Assembly (NCBI GenBank): GCA_012520315.1
Contig: JAAYOM010000124.1
Location: 217-64,216 of the forward strand
Source of the DNA: Bacillota bacterium
GTDB taxonomy: Bacteria; Bacillota; Limnochordia; Darwinibacteriales; Darwinibacteriaceae
Reading direction: 5' to 3'
DNA: 64,000 bases
Below, in pieces: positions 9,638 to 17,539 of the stretch. The notes below the pieces were generated by a model. That model was given only the letters and a program-made list of their open reading frames with translations. It did no database searches and was not told where the DNA came from. Each line of letters starts with the position of its first letter. Positions within the stretch are counted from its first letter, which is position 1. The translations under genes were made by a program, and so were the position numbers.

Positions 9638-9689
9638 ACACATAGAACATGAACAGCAGATTGAAAGTACAAAAAAAGGAGAATGCCTG

Positions 9690-9983
9690 ATGAAGAGATT
9701 TAATCAAGTAATGGAACTCCATGGAGATAAGCTCGAACTTTATGTACCGGTTGTAGCCCGTGTTCACGGTGGAAGCCATCCTGAGTTCCATTCTGTGAGG
9801 CAAGTATACGATCAGATGATCAGTAAGATAGAGGCGGCAGGGACCGAAAGAGTCCAGCTTGATGCTGAGTTTGCGGAGTTGCGGAAAATCACCGACAGTT
9901 ATTCTGTGCCGGATGATGTCTGTGAGAGCTATGCGGCCGTCTATGAGATGTTGGCTGAACTTGACAGGGCTTACTTTGGGTAA
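9690..9983 (+). CDS. small protein with partial similarity to RIC/YtfE-type hemerythrin-like di-iron proteins
   Basis: AAAGGAG SD. 97 aa. The segments VARVHGGSHPEF and SYSVPDDVCESYAAVYEMLAELD resemble YtfE segments (VERVHADKP.., [20 protein letters not shown]) by eye. The other His/Glu ligand motifs are missing. Confidence 0.35.
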   Translation: MKRFNQVMELHGDKLELYVPVVARVHGGSHPEFHSVRQVYDQMISKIEAAGTERVQLDAEFAELRKITDSYSVPDDVCESYAAVYEMLAELDRAYFG

Positions 9984-10015
9984 GGACGCAGGAAAATAAT
10001 CCTGTTGGAAGGGGG

Positions 10016-11875
10016 ATGCAAATGCAACGCTACATTCTCAGGAGCAAAAACAAAATCACATTGCTGAGCGCGTTCCTAATCGTTATGGGATTTCTCAGCC
10101 TCTGGATTTTCAAGCAAGAGGCAGTCTTCACCGGAGCATTAATTGCTGCCTCCATTATAGGTGCTGCACCCATCGCTATCCAGGCCTATCAGGCCCTCAG
10201 GGTCAAGGTCGTAAGCATTGACCTTTTGGTCACGATCGCAGTTCTCGGTGCCTTTTTTATTCGCAACTTTGAAGAGTCGGCCATCGTTACTTTTCTGTTT
10301 CTCTTTGGCGCTTACTTGGAGCAGCGTACGCTGAACAAAACCCGTTCAGCGATCAAGGAACTGACAGAAATGGCCCCAGAGAGTGCTCTAAAGCAGATGG
10401 GAGACGGAGAATTCGTTGAGGTTGACGTAGAAGAAGTTGATGTGGGAGATATTCTGCTGGTTAAGACCGGAGCTAAAGTCCCTGTGGACGGTACCGTTCT
10501 AAGCGGCGAGGGCAGCATCAACGAAGCGTCGATTACAGGTGAATCGATTCCGGTGAGCAAGGAAAAAAATTCTAACGTCTTTGCAGGAACCATTTTGGAT
10601 AATGGAACTTTGCAGGTGATCGCTGATCGGGTAGGGGAAGATACTACATTTGGCCGGATCATTGAACTTGTGGAAGAGGCACAGGATTCCAAATCAGAAG
10701 CAGAACGCTTTATTGACCGTTTTGCAAAATACTATACACCTGCAGTCCTTGTCTTAGCCTTTGTGGTTTGGCTGTTCTCGCGAGATGTGGAACTGGCAAT
10801 TACCATTCTGGTCTTAGGCTGCCCAGGTGCGCTGGTTATTGGCGTTCCAGTTTCTAATGTGGCCGGAATCGGCAACGGAGCCCGTCACGGTGTGCTGCTT
10901 AAAGGCAGTGAGGTTATAAGTGATTTTAGCAGGCTGGACACCATGGTGTTTGATAAGACAGGTACACTAACCGTGGGTAATCCGTCTGTTGCAGAGGTAG
11001 AGTATTATGGCGCCGGCATTGACGAGGCCCTAGGCTATCTGGCCAGCATTGAACGGGAATCTGATCATCCGCTGGCCAAAGCAGTCTTGGAGAAGATTGG
11101 TGAGACTGATTTTTCCCAAGTTACAGATACAGAGGTAATCAAAGGGGAAGGTATTGCAGCGACCGTCGACGGACATAGAGTAGCGGTAGGCAACGTGGCT
11201 TTAATGGAGCGCGAGCATGTCGAACTCGATGCCAAGTCCAGGGCAGATATTAAGCGGCTCGAGCAAAATGGAAACTCCCTTGTTTTGACCTCCGTTGACG
11301 GACAGCTGAAAATTGTGATGGGCGTTCGGGATCAAGTGCGCCCTGGAGTGAAGGAAGACCTGCTGCGGCTGAAGCGGATGGGTGTGCAGAACCTTGTTGT
11401 TCTGTCAGGCGATAACCAGGGAACAGTGGATGCAGTCAGCCGTGAACTTGGCTTGACTGAAGCCCATGGCAACATGCTGCCGGAGGATAAGTCAAAGTAT
11501 GTAGAGCAGTTGATTGATCAGGGGCAGATTGTCGCCTTTGTGGGAGACGGTGTGAATGACAGCCCATCCCTTGCATTGGCCAATATTGGCATTGCCATGG
11601 GCGGCGGTACAGACGTAGCCATCGAAACTTCAGATGTGGTACTCATGAACTCTGATTTTAGCCGGCTGCCCCACGCCCTTGGTCTGACCAAAGCAACCGC
11701 GTGGAATATGAAGCAAAATATTCTGATTGCTGTAGGTGTTGTGCTGCTCCTTCTATCGGCCTTATTGTTCAGTGATTGGATGAACATGTCTATCGGTATG
11801 TTGGTACATGAAGGAAGCATCCTGGTTGTTATCCTCAACGGAATGAGACTCCTCCGCTATAAGCAAAGAGTATAA
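10016..11875 (+). CDS. heavy-metal-translocating P1B-type ATPase without an N-terminal metal-binding domain
   Basis: DKTGTLT phosphorylation site, GDGVNDSP hinge and TGES actuator motif. The TM metal motif reads CPG (10820-10828). The last TM carries HEGS (11807-11818). The start may be ATG 10022. Confidence 0.9.
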   Translation: MQMQRYILRSKNKITLLSAFLIVMGFLSLWIFKQEAVFTGALIAASIIGAAPIAIQAYQALRVKVVSIDLLVTIAVLGAFFIRNFEESAIVTFLFLFGAYLEQRTLNKTRSAIKELTEMAPESALKQMGDGEFVEVDVEEVDVGDILLVKTGAKVPVDGTVLSGEGSINEASITGESIPVSKEKNSNVFAGTILDNGTLQVIADRVGEDTTFGRIIELVEEAQDSKSEAERFIDRFAKYYTPAVLVLAFVVWLFSRDVELAITILVLGCPGALVIGVPVSNVAGIGNGARHGVLLKGSEVISDFSRLDTMVFDKTGTLTVGNPSVAEVEYYGAGIDEALGYLASIERESDHPLAKAVLEKIGETDFSQVTDTEVIKGEGIAATVDGHRVAVGNVALMEREHVELDAKSRADIKRLEQNGNSLVLTSVDGQLKIVMGVRDQVRPGVKEDLLRLKRMGVQNLVVLSGDNQGTVDAVSRELGLTEAHGNMLPEDKSKYVEQLIDQGQIVAFVGDGVNDSPSLALANIGIAMGGGTDVAIETSDVVLMNSDFSRLPHALGLTKATAWNMKQNILIAVGVVLLLLSALLFSDWMNMSIGMLVHEGSILVVILNGMRLLRYKQRV

Positions 11876-11888
11876 AAAGAGAAAGAAT

Positions 11889-11931
11889 TTGATCTGGATC
11901 AATGTTTCTTGGGCCAAGCTGGGAGATAATA
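11889..11931 (+). promoter_or_regulatory. perfect FNR-consensus dyad TTGATctggATCAA plus -10 (GATAAT/TAATAT)
   Basis: Dyad at 11889-11902. -10 candidates at 11924-11929 and 11926-11931. The dyad centre falls at about -40.5 to -42.5. Confidence 0.6.
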
Positions 11932-11986
11932 TAGTTGAAAGATATCAGCTAGATAACTCTAGATACCATAGAAAGGGGAATGGAAG

Positions 11987-12214
11987 ATGAAAACGGCAAC
12001 AATCCAAGTGGAGACTTTAACCTGCCCATCCTGTGTACAGAAAATTGAGGCTGCAGTAAAGGGTGTGGAAGGTGTTGAGCCTGATACTGTCAAGGTTTTG
12101 TTTAACTCGAGCAAGGTAAAAGTTGACTTTGATGAGGAAAAAGTTCCGGTGAGCCAGATTGCAGAGGCCATCACCAAGGTAGGCTACGAAGTCCTCAAAT
12201 CATCGGCACGATAA
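11987..12214 (+). CDS. heavy-metal-associated (HMA) domain protein, CopZ-like metallochaperone
   Basis: 75 aa. LTCPSCVQKIEAAVKGVEGV contains the CxxC metal-binding loop of the HMA fold. Confidence 0.85.
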   Translation: MKTATIQVETLTCPSCVQKIEAAVKGVEGVEPDTVKVLFNSSKVKVDFDEEKVPVSQIAEAITKVGYEVLKSSAR

Positions 12215-12218
12215 AAAC

Positions 12219-12244
12219 AGGGTGCGTCCAGGCGGGCGCACCCT
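12219..12244. terminator. bidirectional terminator hairpin between convergent genes
   Basis: AGGGTGCG-N10-CGCACCCT. An A-run lies upstream (a T-run for the minus-strand gene). Confidence 0.55.
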
Positions 12245-12258
12245 TCACATTTCTAACT

Positions 12259-13233
12259 TCAGCGAATGATCCATTCCGGCCTTTTCAGGTCTTGTTTGTT
12301 TTTCCCAATGGGTTTGGCTGGGAATCCTTCTAGAATTTGGTGATCCTCAAACACGCTTCGCTGTTTTACCAAGCTGCCGGCTTTCACTAAAGTGTTTTTT
12401 CCAAGCCTGCTGTAATCGCAAACGACAGAACCTGATTCTATGACACTGCCTGCCCCTATGTGAGTGCCATGGATGATACACCCCGGTCCGATAGTCACAT
12501 TGTCTTCGATTATCAGCTTATTGTCTGGCAAAAGATGCAGCACTGTGTTCTCCAGGATTTGTACATTAGCACCAATCCGCACCGGACCATGGGAATTGCC
12601 GATGATCCTTACGCCAGATGCGATTACGGTGTTCTCTCCAATAATAACATCGCCTGTAATCTCCGCGGATTCGTAGACTAGAGCTGACTTGGGCACCACT
12701 GGATACTTGCCTTCGTACTCGTAAAGGTTACCCATCGTTTTCCCTCCCAGATCTTCCCGGTTGATGACATTCTCCACATGGGGGTCCAGGCCTAGACTCC
12801 CACCCCGCATTCTGCTGATTAAATCTCTATCCTCAGACGTTAGTTTCCGAATTACCCTTCCCGGTCTGCCCACAACGACAGAACCTGATGGAACAACATG
12901 ACCTGGGGGAATCAATGTACCCTCGCCAAAGATGCATAGATCGCCTACTTTTGACCCTGGCAGGAACATTGCACCATTGCCAATCTCACATAGATTACCA
13001 ATTGAAGCACCAATGGCAATACATTTATGGCCAAAAATTGTCTTGCTTCCAACTGCCAGCGGATGTTTCTCTGTGCCGATGAGAACCGAGTTCTCCAGTA
13101 TCCACGATGCATTTCCTACCATGAGCGAGTCAGAGTTGGAGCGGAGTACCGATCCCTGTGCAACATAGGCATCCGTTCCCAGTCTCACCCGGCCTACGAG
13201 CGTGGCAGAATGGTCAATTTTAACATTTGGCAT
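12259..13233 (-). CDS. tandem left-handed beta-helix (hexapeptide repeat) protein: two gamma-carbonic-anhydrase/acetyltransferase-like halves
   Basis: AGGGAGGG SD upstream of ATG 13233 (MPNVKIDHSATLVGRV...). Two consecutive LbH domains, each ending in the usual C-terminal helix region (..GRPGRVIRKLTSED.. and ..EGFPAKPIGK..). The ORF-track extension to 13683 is not credible. Confidence 0.75.
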   Translation of the reverse strand: MPNVKIDHSATLVGRVRLGTDAYVAQGSVLRSNSDSLMVGNASWILENSVLIGTEKHPLAVGSKTIFGHKCIAIGASIGNLCEIGNGAMFLPGSKVGDLCIFGEGTLIPPGHVVPSGSVVVGRPGRVIRKLTSEDRDLISRMRGGSLGLDPHVENVINREDLGGKTMGNLYEYEGKYPVVPKSALVYESAEITGDVIIGENTVIASGVRIIGNSHGPVRIGANVQILENTVLHLLPDNKLIIEDNVTIGPGCIIHGTHIGAGSVIESGSVVCDYSRLGKNTLVKAGSLVKQRSVFEDHQILEGFPAKPIGKNKQDLKRPEWIIR

Positions 13234-13323
13234 AGGCAGCCCTCCCTGCTTTGGGTTGATTATAACATAAATCGGCTGGGTCTGGGCGGTCTGGCAAGTT
13301 TGGGGCAGAACTCCCTCTTGCAT

Positions 13324-13363
13324 AGAAAACTTGGCAAAAAGTGTTGACAAGAAAACTTGGCAA
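13324..13363. repeat. perfect 14-nt direct repeat AGAAAACTTGGCAA x2 flanking a TTGACA hexamer
   Basis: Copies at 13324-13337 and 13350-13363, spaced 26 bp start to start. They lie in the divergent intergenic region between the LbH gene and the membrane-protein/XRE operon. Confidence 0.8.
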
Positions 13364-13378
13364 CAGGGAGGAATTGTG

Positions 13379-13708
13379 ATGACAAAGGAAGAAATTTTGG
13401 CACGCAGCCGTGGGGAAGGAAACAGGGAATACGAGGACAAGGTCAGTTTCGATGCGATGGGCAGGAGCGTATGGGTTCTAGCTGGTATATGCATATTCTT
13501 TGCTCTGGTGAAGATTGTCCTCTCCGACTTACGCGGACTTGAAAAGGTGATTCCTTTTTGGGAGTTTCCAGCCATATTGTTTGCCCATAGTTCTGTAACG
13601 AGACTGTATATGTATAATGCTCTCAAATCGAAGTCTGACCTGACTTTCGGCGCTTTGTCCGCTCTATTGTTCATTATCTGCACTTTTTTCTATGTGGTGA
13701 CGCTGTGA
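13379..13708 (+). CDS. small 3-TM membrane protein (DUF6442-like) paired with an XRE regulator
   Basis: GGAGG SD before ATG 13379. MTKEEILARSRGEGNREYEDKV... followed by TM segments. This gene type usually precedes YozG-like regulators. Confidence 0.5.
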   Translation: MTKEEILARSRGEGNREYEDKVSFDAMGRSVWVLAGICIFFALVKIVLSDLRGLEKVIPFWEFPAILFAHSSVTRLYMYNALKSKSDLTFGALSALLFIICTFFYVVTL

Positions 13709-13709
13709 T

Positions 13710-13919
13710 ATGGATAGGGACAAGCTTGTACTGAGGAACAGACTAAAGGAAGCTCGGACTGAAAAGGGTCTATCGCAGGCGGAATTAGCTGAAGTTGTTG
13801 GCGTATCTAGAAATACCATCAGCTCTATTGAGACTGGGCAGTTTAGTCCAACGGCTAAATTGGCCCTTCTGCTCTGTATTGCCTTGGATAGGAAGTTTGA
13901 GGATCTCTTTTTCTTTTGA
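13710..13919 (+). CDS. XRE-family helix-turn-helix transcriptional regulator (YozG-like)
   Basis: 69 aa. LSQAELAEVVGVSRNTISSIETGQFSPT is a classic Cro/C1 HTH. The start overlaps the upstream stop (TGATATG). Confidence 0.9.
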   Translation: MDRDKLVLRNRLKEARTEKGLSQAELAEVVGVSRNTISSIETGQFSPTAKLALLLCIALDRKFEDLFFF

Positions 13920-14027
13920 ACCTCGCTACCTTCAGAAGGGTTTTGGGGCCTAGTAACGAATCCAGGAGCAGGTAGAGCCGGGCAGATCTTCGCGGCTCCA
14001 AGATACGAAGAGTGGGGAAGATAGACA

Positions 14028-14933
14028 GTGGATTTCCGGAAACTTGAGTCATTTGTGTCCATCGTTAAGCATGGGAGTTTTACTAGGGCGGCTGAAGAGC
14101 TTTACTTGACCCAGCCTACTATTACAGGTCATATACAATCACTTGAAAATAGGTTGGGGACTGTGCTTTTGAACCGCAACGGCAAGACTGTTTCTTTGAC
14201 AGAAGCAGGCCAGATTCTCTACAACCATGCACTGAATATCTTAAGCACCAGAGAACATGCCCTCCTTTCGCTAGCCCAATATGAAGGCAGATTGGAGGGC
14301 AATTTGGCTATAGCCTCAAGCACAGTGCCCCAGAGATCCATACTGCCAAGCCTCCTCGCCGCCTTTCGGCAGAAGTATCCCCAGATCACCTTTGCGATCA
14401 AACAGTTTGACAGCAGGGGAGTTATCGATGCCATTGTTTCTGGCGCCATGGACTTTGGCTTTGTGGGCCGCGATCCTTCCATGCCAGATCTCGAGGTGAA
14501 CGAGCTCTGTCAGGCACGGCTTATGGTAATTGCGCCCTGCCGGGGAAATTTCCAGAGTACTGATGGAACGACAATAGCCTGGAATCAAGTGAAGAACGAA
14601 CCCTTTATCCTGCGGGAAGAAGGCTCCGCAAGCAGAACCCTCTTCTTGCATAGTTTGGAGGGCAAGGGCATAGATCCAGGCGAATTAAGGGTTGCGGCAA
14701 CTATAGAAAACCCTGATACCATCAAGCAATGTGTCATGGCAGGTCTTGGTGTGGCAGTCGTATCAGAACGCTCTGTTGAAGACGAGATCCGCCTAGGCCT
14801 GCTGAAGGGCTTTTATATCTCCGGTTTTGATCTCGTACAAAGTTTTTATTTCATCAATCATCGCAGAAGAGTTTTAAGTCCGATTGCAGCAGCATTTAAA
14901 GAATTTACCGCCGAGTATTTTCAAGTTCCCTAA
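14028..14933 (+). CDS. LysR-family transcriptional regulator
   Basis: N-terminal HTH FVSIVKHGSFTRAAEELYLTQPTITGHIQSLENRLG plus a LysR substrate-binding domain. Confidence 0.9.
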   Translation: MDFRKLESFVSIVKHGSFTRAAEELYLTQPTITGHIQSLENRLGTVLLNRNGKTVSLTEAGQILYNHALNILSTREHALLSLAQYEGRLEGNLAIASSTVPQRSILPSLLAAFRQKYPQITFAIKQFDSRGVIDAIVSGAMDFGFVGRDPSMPDLEVNELCQARLMVIAPCRGNFQSTDGTTIAWNQVKNEPFILREEGSASRTLFLHSLEGKGIDPGELRVAATIENPDTIKQCVMAGLGVAVVSERSVEDEIRLGLLKGFYISGFDLVQSFYFINHRRRVLSPIAAAFKEFTAEYFQVP

Positions 14934-16071
14934 GCACTGCGCGCACCGCAGAGACTGTTCTTTCGATATCCGTCTCCGTGTTAAAGTGTCCTGGCGAGAA
15001 CCTCACTGTACCCCTGGGAAAGGTGCCCAGGGTTTTGTGGGCAGAAGGGGCACAGTGCAGTCCGCAGCGGGTTCGGATCCCATGGTGTTTGTCCAGGCAG
15101 TAGGCTACCTGGGCGTTATCATATCCCGCGAAGTCTGCAGACACCACTGACATTCTGTTCTCAGTTCCTTTGGACCCGGCAATAGTTACTCTTTCCATAT
15201 TCCCCAGTTCTTCCAGAAGATAGCCTGCAAGCCTTAACTCCTTGTTTCTAATATGTTCCAATCCCACATCTGTCAGATACTTTAATGCCCGGTGCAGGCC
15301 ATAAATGCCAGGCAGGTTAGGAGTGCCTGCTTCAAACTTATCGGGGAGATAGGGGGGCACCTCTTCGTATTCCGATAAACTGCCTGTCCCGCCGCTGATA
15401 AGTGACTCCATTTCTTCAGCCATATCTTGACTGATCAGGAAACCGCCGATTCCCTGGGGGGCCAAGAGCCCCTTGTGCCCAGTAAAGGCCAGGGCATCAG
15501 CTTGGATTTTCTGAAAATCAAGATCCAAAATGCCCGCTGTCTGGGCAGTATCAACCACAAAGAAGATTTCTTCTTCTGCGCAGATCGCCCCAACCTCTTC
15601 AATTGGCAGAATTGTCCCCGACACATTGGAAGCATGGGTGAGCACAGCCATTTTTGTGTTGCGTCTTATGCTTCTCCTGAAATCATTCACATCCAGATGC
15701 CCGGTTTCGTCGCAGTCTGCTCGGGAAAATTCCACCCCTTCCTTTTCGAGCTGAATCAGGGGACGCATAACTGCATTATGTTCCATGGAAGATACGATCA
15801 CGTGGTCGCCGGGTTTTAAGATGCCTTTTAACAGGAAATTGAGTCCGTATGTAATGTTTAGAGTGAAAATTACAGTTTCCGGTGTGGGGAAATTAAAGAG
15901 CTGGGCCAACATTTCCCTGGTGTCAAACACCATTTCATCTGCCTGTAATGAATCATAACCGCTCCGGTTTACATTGTCGCCGACTGCGTCAATGAAATGC
16001 TTGACTGCATCGCCCACGCCAGGTGCCTTCGGGTATGATGTAGCTGCGTTGTCCAAGTAAATTCTCTCCAC
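14905..16071 (-). CDS. class-V aminotransferase-fold PLP enzyme, cysteine desulfurase/selenocysteine lyase family
   Basis: GGAGGTGGG SD 5 nt before GTG 16071 (VERIYLDNAATSYP...). PLP lysine in FTGHKGL. C-terminal catalytic-Cys context RCGLHCAPSAH. Confidence 0.8.
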   Translation of the reverse strand: MERIYLDNAATSYPKAPGVGDAVKHFIDAVGDNVNRSGYDSLQADEMVFDTREMLAQLFNFPTPETVIFTLNITYGLNFLLKGILKPGDHVIVSSMEHNAVMRPLIQLEKEGVEFSRADCDETGHLDVNDFRRSIRRNTKMAVLTHASNVSGTILPIEEVGAICAEEEIFFVVDTAQTAGILDLDFQKIQADALAFTGHKGLLAPQGIGGFLISQDMAEEMESLISGGTGSLSEYEEVPPYLPDKFEAGTPNLPGIYGLHRALKYLTDVGLEHIRNKELRLAGYLLEELGNMERVTIAGSKGTENRMSVVSADFAGYDNAQVAYCLDKHHGIRTRCGLHCAPSAHKTLGTFPRGTVRFSPGHFNTETDIERTVSAVRAVLRELENTRR

Positions 16072-16141
16072 TAAACCCACCTCCAACCTCATTTTACATC
16101 AGGGGTGATCTAACTGTTATAGGTTTTTTCAATAAGGATTG

Positions 16142-16164
16142 AATAGGTATAGGAAACACCTATT
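16142..16164. promoter_or_regulatory. dyad AATAGGT-N9-ACCTATT (LysR-box-like) in the divergent desulfurase/yedE promoter region
   Basis: 7-bp perfect arms. An extra ATAGGT half-site lies at 16119-16124. TATAAT at 16188-16193 lies upstream of yedE. Confidence 0.45.
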
Positions 16165-16249
16165 GTACAAGCCAACAGCCCCTTGGCTATAATGAAATCA
16201 GGGATTGCTAAAAATATGGCAAATTGAATTGCTGAGGAGGAGGATTTAT

Positions 16250-17335
16250 TTGGGTAACAAGAAAAATGTGATTTTAGCCGGTGGCCTAGTGGGACTCTTG
16301 GCAGTTCTCTTGGTGCACTTTGGCAATCCGGCCAACATGGGGTTCTGTATCGCCTGTTTTATTCGGGATATGGCAGGGGGACTAGGTCTCCATAGAGCTG
16401 GAATTGTTCAGTACATAAGGCCGGAGATTATCGGCATGGGCCTCGGCGCTTGGCTGATGGCCATGGGGGGCGGGGACTTTAGAGTGCGGGGCGGTTCATC
16501 GCCATTTACCCGTTTTATCCTTGGATTCTTTGTCATGATCGGAGCTTTAGTGTTCTTAGGCTGCCCCTTGCGGATGGTACTTAGGCTTGCCGGTGGGGAT
16601 TTGACAGCTATCCTGGGCTTGGTAGGTTTCGTAGCTGGCATTCTCCTGGGAATTGTGTTCTTAAACAAAGGTTTCACACTGAAGAGGACCTACTCCTTGA
16701 ACAAGGCGGAAGGCTATTTGTTCCCTGCCATGCAGATTGCGTTCTTTATTTTGCTGGTTGCAGCGCCGGCCTTCGTGTTCTTCAGTGAATCAGGACCAGG
16801 CGCGATGCGGGCACCTGTCGCCCTGGCATTAATTGCCGGACTCCTCGTGGGTGTTGCTGGACAGAGAACCAGAATGTGCACCGTTGGCGGCATCAGGGAT
16901 CTCATTATGTTTAAAGACGCCCATCTGATCAGCGGCTTTTTGGCAATTTTTGCAGTCGCGCTGCTTGGCAATCTCATAACCGGCAACTTCAACTTGGGAT
17001 TTGAAGGTCAGCCGGTGGCCCACAATGACGGACTGTGGAACTTCTTAGGTATGACCCTGGCAGGACTCGGTTCGGTACTTCTCGGCGGATGTCCGTTGCG
17101 TCAGGTGATCCTTAGTGCTGAAGGTAATATTGACTCGGTTATTACTTTCCTTGGACTGCTCGTTGGTGCAGCTTTTGCCCATAACTTCGGATTGGCATCC
17201 TCAACAGCAGGGGCAAGTGCCAATGGCAAAGCTGCAGTGATTATTGGTTTGATTGTGGTGGCAGCGATCGGGTTTATGAACATGGATCGCAGCGCAGATG
17301 TGACCATGAAAGGGGATGTAAAACTTGGCGCTTAA
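16250..17335 (+). CDS. yedE: YedE/YeeE family selenium/sulfur-compound transport membrane protein
   Basis: GAGGAGGAGG SD 6 nt before TTG 16250. Polytopic protein with conserved Cys-containing motifs (GFCIACF, RMCTVGG, GGCPLRQ) typical of YedE. Confidence 0.8.
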   Translation: MGNKKNVILAGGLVGLLAVLLVHFGNPANMGFCIACFIRDMAGGLGLHRAGIVQYIRPEIIGMGLGAWLMAMGGGDFRVRGGSSPFTRFILGFFVMIGALVFLGCPLRMVLRLAGGDLTAILGLVGFVAGILLGIVFLNKGFTLKRTYSLNKAEGYLFPAMQIAFFILLVAAPAFVFFSESGPGAMRAPVALALIAGLLVGVAGQRTRMCTVGGIRDLIMFKDAHLISGFLAIFAVALLGNLITGNFNLGFEGQPVAHNDGLWNFLGMTLAGLGSVLLGGCPLRQVILSAEGNIDSVITFLGLLVGAAFAHNFGLASSTAGASANGKAAVIIGLIVVAAIGFMNMDRSADVTMKGDVKLGA

Positions 17336-17537
17336 TACGGTTGATGCTCGGGGAAGAGCATGTCCTGAACCGGTAGTGTTAACACGCAAAGGGCTTGAGC
17401 AGTATCCTGGGGGAGTACAAGTACTGGTGGACAATACGACTTCAAGAGACAATGTCAGACGCTTTGCTGAGAGCAGGAACTATAAGGTTGCGGTTTCCGA
17501 TCAGGGAGAGGATTTCGTATTAACCATAACCAAGTAG
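17325..17537 (+). CDS. yedF: TusA/SirA-like sulfurtransferase-fold protein (YedF N-terminal-domain-like)
   Basis: 70 aa. VDARGRACPEPVVLTRKGL carries the CPxP motif. Overlaps the yedE stop by 11 nt. Confidence 0.75.
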   Translation: MALNTVDARGRACPEPVVLTRKGLEQYPGGVQVLVDNTTSRDNVRRFAESRNYKVAVSDQGEDFVLTITK

Positions 17538-17539
17538 AG

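Noticed and set aside
13331-13349. Possible sigma-54 promoter (TGGCA-N..-TTGA) or sigma-A -35 (TTGACA) between the direct repeats.
   Set aside because: The GG-to-GC spacing is off by one and the -12 element reads TTGA rather than TTGC. No acceptable -10 follows the TTGACA at 16-18 nt; that position is the GGAGG SD.
13234-13683. 150-codon N-terminal extension of the minus-strand LbH ORF (ORF track 12259..13683, 474 aa).
   Set aside because: A strong AGGGAGGG SD precedes the internal ATG at 13233, where the LbH homology begins. The extension has no recognisable domain and runs antisense through the plus-strand membrane-protein gene (13379-13708) and its promoter region.
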